From NCBI RefSeq assembly GCF_000237865.1, contig NC_017459.1:2730001-2762000 (forward strand): a stretch of 32,000 nt of DNA, read 5' to 3'. The DNA is from Haloquadratum walsbyi C23. GTDB lineage: Archaea; Halobacteriota; Halobacteria; Halobacteriales; Haloferacaceae. Shown here piece after piece: positions 10,111 to 17,895 of the stretch. Position numbers and translations under genes: made by a program. Position 1 is the stretch's first letter. The number at the start of each line of letters is the position of its first letter. The notes beneath the pieces are model-generated. The model searched no databases, was not told where the DNA came from, and saw only the letters and a list, made by a program, of their open reading frames with translations.

Positions 10111-10467
10111 TCATCCACCGGTCACTGGGGGGAACAACGCGAGTTCATCACCATCTGTCAGCTGATCATCACGGTTCGCATCAGACCCGTTCCGTAGGAG
10201 ATTTATTTCAGTCGCAAGTTCTGTCTCTGTTTTCATTCCTGCATCGAGAAGAACGCGATTAGCCAATGCAGGTCGGTCATTAAGAAGCTCATCAATTGCA
10301 TCCTCAATGGTAGCGTTCGTGTGTATATCAATTGATTTCTCACGCGTCCCCGCAATCTCGGCAACATCGGCGAATAATCGCCATGTAATTGAGATGGTCT
10401 TTCTATCAGCATCATCCTCGACAGTATTGAACTCATTCGACTCGCTATTGGGCTCTGTTGTGGGCAT
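10111..10467 (-). CDS. samp1: ubiquitin-like small archaeal modifier protein, MoaD/SAMP1 type
   Basis: WRLFADVAEIAGTR...INLLRNGS...GDELALFPPVTGG-stop closely matches Haloferax SAMP1 as I recall it (WKLFADLAEVAGSR...INVLRNGE...GDELALFPPVSGG). The diglycine lies directly before the stop codon. Confidence 0.88.
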   Translation of the reverse strand: MPTTEPNSESNEFNTVEDDADRKTISITWRLFADVAEIAGTREKSIDIHTNATIEDAIDELLNDRPALANRVLLDAGMKTETELATEINLLRNGSDANRDDQLTDGDELALFPPVTGG

Positions 10468-10540
10468 ATGATACTGTAGTATTATTCCCGAAGCGTTTAC
10501 GTTTTATTGATTATCTTATTTACATTATCGTTCTCGCAGA

Positions 10541-10594
10541 GTGAACTCACCCAGGGTTCAAGTCCTGTGGTAGTCGTCTTATACCGCCTGTAAA
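10541..10594. repeat. short intergenic repeat S, copy 2 (with a 13-nt hairpin insertion)
   Basis: GTGAACTCACCC-aGGGTTCAAGTCCTGTGGt-AGTCGTCTTATACCGCCTG. It ends 2-5 nt from the TAG stop (10596-10598) of the Usp ORF. Confidence 0.6.
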
Positions 10595-10595
10595 C

Positions 10596-11276
10596 CTACT
10601 CCCGACCAGGGTCGAATACTGCAACGTCGGTCTCAATTTTACTGATACGTTCAAATGTTGGTGGTGAAATAAATCGAGATGCAACTGATCGGTCGCCACT
10701 TGACCCAAGAACAACGAGATTATAACTATCAGCGTTTGCTGAGATAAATTCCTCTACCGAGGAGCGCGCGACGCGCGTCTCAATATCTACATCTACAGTA
10801 ACAGTTTCAATTACTTGATCAAGTCGTGTCTCAGCACGGCGACGTTCGGTTTCATCTGAGATGCATGTTGTCACTGACACCATCCCTCCATTACCAGCGA
10901 GTCGTGTTGCAAAATCAATCATTCCATGTGCAGTATCTCCATCCCGAACGACAAGCACCAGTATCCGCTGCCAATTCATCACTGCTGTCTCTGATCGGAA
11001 CGATATTGTATCGACTGGCTGATTGAATATACCTTGGACATATGCCGAGAGATGACCATTATCCTCCTCATATGACGTGACAACAAGGTCACAATTAGCG
11101 GTTTCGACGTTCCGTGTGGTTGCTGATACTGGGTCGCCAGTTGCAACGACCATGTCGCAGGGAACGCCCACCTGCGTTTCAATCATTCTTACATATTGCT
11201 TTAGACAGTCGACTGTCTCAGCCGCCTGCTTTGTTTCAAATACGTCCTTTATATCACTCTGCTCGGTGTGCGCCAA
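10596..11276 (-). CDS. universal stress protein (UspA)-domain ORF; possibly the detached 3' part of the upstream HPP-Usp gene
   Basis: The C-terminal half is a complete Usp domain (ILVLVVRDGD...NLVVLGSSGDRSVASRF...DVAVF). The N-terminal part looks like only the second half of a Usp domain. The ORF begins at TTG, and the first in-frame ATGs are at codons 31 and 42. Confidence 0.6.
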   Translation of the reverse strand: MAHTEQSDIKDVFETKQAAETVDCLKQYVRMIETQVGVPCDMVVATGDPVSATTRNVETANCDLVVTSYEEDNGHLSAYVQGIFNQPVDTISFRSETAVMNWQRILVLVVRDGDTAHGMIDFATRLAGNGGMVSVTTCISDETERRRAETRLDQVIETVTVDVDIETRVARSSVEEFISANADSYNLVVLGSSGDRSVASRFISPPTFERISKIETDVAVFDPGRE

Positions 11277-11409
11277 TATTTATGTTTTCTCTGCTCGGCT
11301 TTAGATCATCTATTTCGGTCGTGACATCTGATTCGATATTATTGTTATCTCTCATATCTGATTGAATTATATTGAACGATGATTCGGTGGCATCGATTGA
11401 CGTCTGGCG

Positions 11410-12288
11410 CTACCGCTGAGCATTCTCCTGTTTACTTTGGTGCTGCATCTCAGTGCTATCGTTATTGATTGTTGCTGCGTCGGATCCCGAATCACCTCCT
11501 GAGACAATATCAAGAAGGACTACTTTCCCAGTTTCGTGTGCAGCAGCGAGTTGAGATCCAAAGAGTGCAGTTTGTTTATTATCATCTCCTCGCACTGGAA
11601 TGAGTACGTGATTGTCCGCTTGGACAGTTTCATAGAGATACTGCGCACGTTGTTCATAAAATTCGTTTCGCCAGATAACAAAAACTAGCGCAATGAGTAT
11701 CGATGCGAACATAATGCTCAGTACATATACAACTGGGTCAACCTCTCCTGTAATGAGCGTTAATAGCACTGTCGAAAACGCTGAGGGCGCTTCAATCCGC
11801 GCAAGCCACGTGATTATTCCGGTTAAGAAAATGGCGAGTGCAGCACTTTCTGGTCGTACGATCGCTCCACCACTTCCGTTTTGACATCCTCCCCGCGCTG
11901 AAGCGCGAGGCTTTCTCCTCGATTCTCCGTAAATGACTTGGGTAATGACTGCGGCAATCAACCCACACAACGCCCCAACGCTGAGACTACTAACAAATCG
12001 TACAGGGCTTGCATAACGACCTTCGGGGTCCGAAAATAACGTATAGGTCCCTGCAGCGAGTGGTGGAAATAATAAAAACGAGAGTATCGGTAACTGATTT
12101 GAGATATATGTTACAAATGCAATAAGAATCGGAATTAATAAAACAACTGATACATGGAGTAAATTATCAGTATACTGAAGCCACCGCTGAAGGGCGCTCA
12201 CTTCACGACGTCCGAATCGTCGAATCCGAGCATATACGATTGTCAGTTGCTTACGTGCACTTCTCATAAAATAGGCGATTGAGGGCAT
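11410..12288 (-). CDS. HPP-family-like integral membrane protein with a truncated C-terminal Usp domain
   Basis: Multi-TM protein containing LLFPPLAAGTYTLF...LSVGALCGL (HPP-like). The C-terminus VLIPVRGDDNKQTALFGSQLAAAHETGKVVLLDIV has the beta1-alpha1-beta2 pattern of a Usp domain, followed by TAG. The start is uncertain: ATG 12288, ATG 12267 or TTG 12339. Confidence 0.6.
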   Translation of the reverse strand: MPSIAYFMRSARKQLTIVYARIRRFGRREVSALQRWLQYTDNLLHVSVVLLIPILIAFVTYISNQLPILSFLLFPPLAAGTYTLFSDPEGRYASPVRFVSSLSVGALCGLIAAVITQVIYGESRRKPRASARGGCQNGSGGAIVRPESAALAIFLTGIITWLARIEAPSAFSTVLLTLITGEVDPVVYVLSIMFASILIALVFVIWRNEFYEQRAQYLYETVQADNHVLIPVRGDDNKQTALFGSQLAAAHETGKVVLLDIVSGGDSGSDAATINNDSTEMQHQSKQENAQR

Positions 12289-12345
12289 GATGAGAGAACG
12301 AAACCAGGGTTCACACGCTATTTTTATTCTTATTTTCAATACCGT

Positions 12346-13083
12346 TTATGTATATATATCGACAACAGCCGTAAGTGTGATTTCAATTGCTCGCTCGACA
12401 TTATTTTGCGCTTTCATTGGAAGTTCTGTCTCAGAGTCGGCCCCTTTCTGTGTCCCAGTGACAAGATTACCATCGACAGTGCAAATCGCCCCTGCTGCAA
12501 GTCCGTGCCGACGTGCTATTGTAAAGACCGCTGCTGCTTCCATTTCAATGGCAAGAAGATTTGCTTCCTCCCATGCCTCAACATATGTATCCGTTTCATT
12601 ATAGAATGCATCATCGGTGACGATTGGTCCAACGTGGACAGGAACAGCGTCAGTATGTTCCTCTGCTGCATCAGTGAGTGCGCGGACGGTGTCAAAATGA
12701 GGGACTGCTGGAAGCACTGGGTCTTCGTATCGCTTTGAGGTCCCTTCTTCTTTGGCGGCAGCGGTTGCGACAATCATATCGCCAATCTCGATATCTGACT
12801 GTAGCGCTCCGATTGTTCCAACGCGAATGACCGTTTCAACACCAACACGGGCTAGTTCCTCAACAGCAATCGCAGCTGATGGTCCACCGATTCCTGTCGA
12901 GCAAATTGTTACTGGAACATCGTTATATGTCGCATTGACAATCGTATATTCACGGTTTTCGGCGACTGATCTGACATTCTCACAGTGTTCGGCAATTCGA
13001 TTGACCCGACCAGGATCTCCAGGGATCAGTGCGATCTCGTTGATGTCACCAGACTCGATCAGAAGATGTGGTTGTTTCGGCAT
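12346..13083 (-). CDS. nucleoside phosphorylase, PNP/UDP family 1 (uridine or purine nucleoside phosphorylase)
   Basis: CSTGIGGPSAAIAVEEL and AIEMEAAAV motifs of the DeoD/Udp family. The track start at 13089 is GTG; the ATG at 13081-13083 gives MPKQPHLL... Confidence 0.85.
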   Translation of the reverse strand: MPKQPHLLIESGDINEIALIPGDPGRVNRIAEHCENVRSVAENREYTIVNATYNDVPVTICSTGIGGPSAAIAVEELARVGVETVIRVGTIGALQSDIEIGDMIVATAAAKEEGTSKRYEDPVLPAVPHFDTVRALTDAAEEHTDAVPVHVGPIVTDDAFYNETDTYVEAWEEANLLAIEMEAAAVFTIARRHGLAAGAICTVDGNLVTGTQKGADSETELPMKAQNNVERAIEITLTAVVDIYT

Positions 13084-13494
13084 ATACACTGACTCTCGCG
13101 TTGCAGTGAAAAACCACGTGATCCCTGTGGTTGCTTTCCTTCGTTGTTATTGGATATATATCCACACTGAGTGAAAATTGACATCCTCCCGCGTCTTGCA
13201 ATACTCCGTGAAGCATTTTGAACCATCGGTCCTACGCAACAGTATTAGCAGCTACTCTACGACAAGATTTTGAATTGAATTCTTCAATAAGTTTTTAGAA
13301 GCACTACGGGACTCCCACGGTACCGCACCGCTGAGTTGGGAATTTTAGCTGCAGGTTCATAGACTGCCAAGCCGACACATCGTGTGAATCGATGTGCAGT
13401 CAGACAAGGGACAGCCTCTTGAGAGTGCCACATCTTATCCCCTGGTACTCCTATCCTCAGCCGAGAACGCGTTCCTGTGTTAGTTTCCCCACAG

Positions 13495-14070
13495 GAGCGG
13501 TGGTCAGTGGTCGGCACTCGGATTCACCAGATTCAGAGTTACTTATCTTGATGATTGCTCGTCGCCTGTTATTTGATTCCCCGAAGGGCACATCCTGTGT
13601 CCAGTCTCGGTGGACACTCACACTCGAAGCACTAATTGTCGAGTATGCGGTTGCACTGGGATCGTAACCAGCGTGTCGACATATCAGTGCACGATATTGT
13701 AGAACAAGAAAGCTCGAAAATTTTCCCGTCCCCGTTCCCGTTTGACGGCGCGCATCCACATGTTAAACGCTGTCTTTTACCCATAAGTTCGTGGAGTCGT
13801 AACCGGACATTTCAGACGCTCTCAGAGATATTTTGAACGCAAAAAATCGAGGCGAGAAGCGATTCAGACAGTGATATCGGCTGTGGGGGTGACAGAACGC
13901 CGGTAATCAACGCCACTACAATTATTCCAAAGAGATGCTGGAACTGTAGATACCGAGAATTTCAGTCATGCTCGCCGATCCCGATCCCGTTCCGCTAAAA
14001 TCCTGACTCGAGTTGTGGGTAAGAGACAGATGTTAAACGGCATCGTATTGCGCCTGTTCAACTAATAATA
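13495..14070 (+). repeat. intergenic repeat family R, copy C1 (interrupted by a nested MITE; may extend left to about 13290)
   Basis: 13523-13628 aligns without gaps to the reverse complement of 23932-24037, with 95 of 106 positions identical. The shared blocks TGACGGCGCGCATCCAC (13743-13759) and ATTGCGCCTGTTCAAC (14047-14062) become contiguous once 13770-14039 is removed. 13444-13458 (GGTACTCCTATCCTC) matches copy R3. Confidence 0.8.
13770..14029. mobile_element. 260-bp MITE nested inside repeat copy C1, with IS4-family-like ends
   Basis: Terminal inverted repeats CTGTCTTTTACCCA (13770-13783) and TGGGTAAGAGACAG (14016-14029) match at 13 of 14 positions. A perfect 10-bp direct duplication ATGTTAAACG flanks it at 13760-13769 and 14030-14039. 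It contains no ORF. The sister copy at 23.8 kb has the uninterrupted site. Confidence 0.85.
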
Positions 14071-14143
14071 ACGTCATTTTAGCAGATACGTGTATATCAC
14101 CTCACCAGTGAGTATATTATTTCGCTGCGTTAATTATCGAAAG

Positions 14144-15343
14144 ATGGTCCGCTCAACGCTGTCAGCGATTGAGTCGCACACGCGACAGATCGAGACTACG
14201 GAAACAGTTCGATATGCAGTTATCGGGCTCGGTTGGTGGGCAACAGAAATGGCACTACCAGCACTCACCGCGGCAGATAATGCAACAGTGACGACGCTTG
14301 TTGCTGAGGAGAACATCAACACGGATACTCAGGAGTTAGCCCGTCGATATGGTGCTGATACCACTATGACGAGTGAGCAGTTTCTTTCTCTTGAGACTGA
14401 CACCGGTGAACAACACAATCTCATCGGCTCAACATCATCATCATCAGGAAATGAATCCGATAAACCAGCCAACAACAACATCATCGATACCGATCTATAT
14501 GATGCGGTGTACATCGCAACACCAAACGCTGCACACTTACCATATGCTAGGATTGCGGCTGCTCAAGAGAAAGCAGTGCTATGTGAAAAGCCGATTGAGG
14601 CGAACGTTGAGCGTGGAAATAAACTCCGAACCCATTGTCAACAGGCAAATGTCCCATTGATGATTGCCTACCGTGTGCAGATGCATCCACTTGTCAGATA
14701 CGCCCGAGAATTAATTGATCAGGGTGATATTGGCGATGTCACGGTTATACAGTCACATCATACACAGCCACTACTCAAGATGCATCCTGACACCAACCAG
14801 TGGCGATTAGATCCCGCACAAACAGGATATGGAACCGCGATCATGGATCTCGGTGTATACACGATTAATACCGCTCGGTTTCTCCTTGATGCAGATCCAA
14901 TCGCTGTGAGTGCTGTCACACTCGCAGATACGCCAGGATTTGAGGCTGTCCCTGATGATCGAGCTGCTGCGATTCTCAGCTTTCCAGACGGTGTGCAATT
15001 GGTTGCTAATACGACACAGCGAGGTCAACACGGAAGTGGAATGAAAATCATTGGCACCCAGGGGAGTCTTGATCTCCAGGGTATATTTCGTGGTCAGTGT
15101 TCGCTTACTGTCGCCGCAGGTGATATTGAAGGAACGTTTGAGCACACACAATTCACGCTTCATGATGAGATGACAGCGGTATTTGAGTACTTTGCTGATT
15201 GCCTACTCACCGATAAATCAGTAAGTCCAGATGGTGCCGAGGCGATTGCCGACCTTTCAGTGATGCGTGCAATGTATGCTGATGGTGATGGTAATGGTGA
15301 TGGTTCGGCTAATCACGCGGTATCATATCCCGAGTTTGTCTGA
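14144..15343 (+). CDS. Gfo/Idh/MocA-family NAD(P)-dependent oxidoreductase
   Basis: Rossmann start VRYAVIGLGWWA and the family EKP motif (VLCEKPIE). It contains a low-complexity S/N/D-rich insert (GSTSSSSGNESDKPANNNI). The track ORF begins at GTG 14090; the ATG at 14144 is preferred. Confidence 0.85.
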   Translation: MVRSTLSAIESHTRQIETTETVRYAVIGLGWWATEMALPALTAADNATVTTLVAEENINTDTQELARRYGADTTMTSEQFLSLETDTGEQHNLIGSTSSSSGNESDKPANNNIIDTDLYDAVYIATPNAAHLPYARIAAAQEKAVLCEKPIEANVERGNKLRTHCQQANVPLMIAYRVQMHPLVRYARELIDQGDIGDVTVIQSHHTQPLLKMHPDTNQWRLDPAQTGYGTAIMDLGVYTINTARFLLDADPIAVSAVTLADTPGFEAVPDDRAAAILSFPDGVQLVANTTQRGQHGSGMKIIGTQGSLDLQGIFRGQCSLTVAAGDIEGTFEHTQFTLHDEMTAVFEYFADCLLTDKSVSPDGAEAIADLSVMRAMYADGDGNGDGSANHAVSYPEFV

Positions 15344-15505
15344 AGCGAACAGCGAGATTTCAATGTGTCACACAACCTGTGTCGATTCATTGGTGTAATG
15401 ATGGACAGAAGAGAGGCGATGTAAACACAATAATGTATGAAATATATTACATTTGTGTCGACCGGGTTTGCTGGTAAATAAATATTGGGCAGTGCTATCA
15501 AACGC

Positions 15506-16897
15506 ATGTCCACGACACCAAACGTCCTTGTTGTTATTGCTGATAGTCTTCGCGCTAAGAGTGTTTCTGCATTTGGAGGACGTCGTGAGACGACGCCATT
15601 TCTTTCAGCGTTTAGTACTGAAGCGACGACATATACACAAGCACGAAGTCATAGTAACTGGACATTACCAAGTCATGCGAGTCTTTTCACTGGATCGTCT
15701 ACTGCGGCTGCACAATTCGATATCGATACACGACTTGCGCCTCATCAGACGATTTTCGAAGAGCTTGCTGCTGATGGGTATCAGACATCACTTTTCACCG
15801 ACAACCCATTTCTCATTGATCATCAAACTGGGCTTGATAACGCATTTACCACAGCTGTCGGGTCGCCAGAAACGTTTGATACGAAGTATGAGACAAATGG
15901 TTCGCTCGGCGATTGGCCAAATGGTTTCTGGTATGCTGATCAGTTACTGTCCTGGAGTGCTGACCAGACAACCCCATGGGCTGCATGTCTCAATTTGATG
16001 GACACACACCGTCCGTATGAACCACAGCCAGCGTATGATATATGGAGTGATGAACGTATCCGCCAGATTCAATCCGAGATGGGATTCAAATGGCATTGGG
16101 AGTTTTTGAGCGGAAACGTCTCATTAGGATTCGCCAAACTTCTCGAAACAATTTATTATGGCGCAGTTAGACAAGTTGATGCAATCTTTGAGCAACTCGT
16201 CGAAACGCTTCGTGATCGGGGGACACTTGATAACACGCTTATTATTTTCACAAGTGACCATGGAGAAGCATTTGGTGCAGAAACAGCACTCTCAAACGAG
16301 CCACCCGCCATCAGTCATCGAATTGGTACGCACGAACTACTATATCATGTTCCATTGTTTGTCCGACTGCCACGGACAACAAATACATCAGCATCTACCG
16401 CATCAATTGGCGGAACAGTTATTTCAGACCTCGCTGAATTAGCTGGAATTCCACGATTAATCCGGTCAGTCGTCGCAGATAATAATGACAGTGATATTGA
16501 CCCACAACACGCAATATGTGCTAAAGATGGGGTAACGGTAGCGACTCAACTGCCGATTCCTGCCGGTATGCAACGCGAGGCAGCCCGAATCTGTGAGACA
16601 GCGGATCCATACACGAAACGTGCGGACATTATTTACTCACAGCGCTCTGATGGAACTATTTTAAAGCAAGCACGATGGGGTGAGGATGCATATGAAACCC
16701 TGATAACAGGGCAGTTTGAGCGAGAGGATATGGGACAGATTGATACCCCAACTGTAATCGATGCCGTGGCAAGTGATCATAAAACGAGTGAGATTTCAAT
16801 CAACTCAATCGATGAGTATGATGAATTTGCCGAGCAATATTCAAACGAGTTCGCTGAAGAACTTGAGGACCAACTTGAAGCGCTCGGATATCGATAA
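15506..16897 (+). CDS. sulfatase-like alkaline-phosphatase-superfamily enzyme with a non-canonical nucleophile motif
   Basis: PNVLVVIADSLR, FTSDHGEAFG, and W-T-L-P-S-H at the position of the sulfatase C/S-x-P-x-R box. The track start at 15485 is TTG; the ATG at 15506 gives MSTTPNVLVV... Confidence 0.8.
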   Translation: MSTTPNVLVVIADSLRAKSVSAFGGRRETTPFLSAFSTEATTYTQARSHSNWTLPSHASLFTGSSTAAAQFDIDTRLAPHQTIFEELAADGYQTSLFTDNPFLIDHQTGLDNAFTTAVGSPETFDTKYETNGSLGDWPNGFWYADQLLSWSADQTTPWAACLNLMDTHRPYEPQPAYDIWSDERIRQIQSEMGFKWHWEFLSGNVSLGFAKLLETIYYGAVRQVDAIFEQLVETLRDRGTLDNTLIIFTSDHGEAFGAETALSNEPPAISHRIGTHELLYHVPLFVRLPRTTNTSASTASIGGTVISDLAELAGIPRLIRSVVADNNDSDIDPQHAICAKDGVTVATQLPIPAGMQREAARICETADPYTKRADIIYSQRSDGTILKQARWGEDAYETLITGQFEREDMGQIDTPTVIDAVASDHKTSEISINSIDEYDEFAEQYSNEFAEELEDQLEALGYR

Positions 16898-16904
16898 TAG
16901 CATC

Positions 16905-17714
16905 CTATCCAGCGACAGAAAACAACAATAGATTATGAACTCCTGGACCAAACCCAACTGCTGAGATAATAGCAAGGAGTATATTTGACTGCGCCGGGGC
17001 GGTATCAGCGATGTCTGCGAATACCCACACAACAACGCTTGCAATCAGTAATTTAACAACAACAAATAGCCATCCAGATCCAATAATCGCGTCGGTTGGA
17101 AGTCCAGAAGCAAATTCAATGATAAGCGCTGACAATGGTGTTCGTTCTCCGAATCCAAGCAGGTCAATGCCAATGGTTGTCGAAACACCATCTAGCGTGT
17201 GACCAAACACTGCAAATGTCCCCATCGGTGCTGTTAATTGCGTCTTTGGGACGATTCGCGTGAGCATAACCCAGACACCACCGCTGAGAATGACTGATAC
17301 TCCAATACCAATAATTGATACAGTCACGCGCAATGATGTTGGGTTGATTGCAATGACGCCAGCAATTGCAATCAATGCTGCAACAGCACCCACGCCAGCT
17401 AATATTTGAGCGATATACGCAGATGTAACCAGCAAATCAAGGCTAACCCATGTTCCGATAGCGGCGATAGTAACGATGGCATATACAGCCGGTGTTCCAG
17501 CAAGTGGTCGTATCGCAGGTGGGAGTGCATTGAGAACGTACTGAACATGAAGCGCTGCACCAAGCGCCATCCACGGGGCTAACGCTAATACTCGGGATGA
17601 TGTGACGGTTGGACGCTGACGAATAGCAGCATACGCAACAACACCGCTAGCGAATATAATTGTCAATAGATATGGAATTGCTGGCAATGCAAACCCATCA
17701 GGAAAAATGACCAT
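16905..17714 (-). CDS. polytopic archaeal membrane protein (DUF63-like)
   Basis: About 269 aa, almost entirely hydrophobic, with 7-8 TM segments and a FGHTLDGVSTTIG motif. The DUF63 assignment is from memory of the family. The ATG at 17712-17714 lies just inside the GTG track start. Confidence 0.6.
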   Translation of the reverse strand: MVIFPDGFALPAIPYLLTIIFASGVVAYAAIRQRPTVTSSRVLALAPWMALGAALHVQYVLNALPPAIRPLAGTPAVYAIVTIAAIGTWVSLDLLVTSAYIAQILAGVGAVAALIAIAGVIAINPTSLRVTVSIIGIGVSVILSGGVWVMLTRIVPKTQLTAPMGTFAVFGHTLDGVSTTIGIDLLGFGERTPLSALIIEFASGLPTDAIIGSGWLFVVVKLLIASVVVWVFADIADTAPAQSNILLAIISAVGFGPGVHNLLLFSVAG

Positions 17715-17895
17715 ACCCACGCACTGGGCTATCCGGCGACAAAACGGTATCGAAGATTCGGGTCAAAAACACGGTTGAACATTTGGCATTTCCTCGGTCC
17801 GAAAACAGGGATTTACTCTTGAAATTTAAATATACTCGTAAGCTTCCCTTACTGAGATGCACCCCCACACTATCTATGGAATGCGTGAAGTCCGT

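Noticed and set aside
10551-10570. A tRNA T-arm-like GGTTCAAGTCC inside short repeat S2, possibly a tRNA gene fragment or integrase att site.
   Set aside because: No 5-bp T-stem with a 7-nt loop can be drawn; only 3 pairs form. There is no acceptor or anticodon arm nearby. The segment is simply absent from copy S1, so it behaves as a small hairpin insertion.
13284-13836. Track ORFs across repeat copy C1: 13284..13517 (-), 13392..13667 (+), 13457..13759 (-) and 13636..13836 (+).
   Set aside because: They overlap each other in different frames and are Arg/Ser/Cys-rich rather than acidic. The paralogous copy at 23.8 kb differs by non-codon-sized indels that destroy every frame.
15453-15998. 181-aa ORF (+) overlapping the 5' half of the sulfatase-like gene in another frame.
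   Set aside because: It is very basic and Leu/Arg/His-rich with no motifs. The overlapping frame has clear family motifs and acidic composition.
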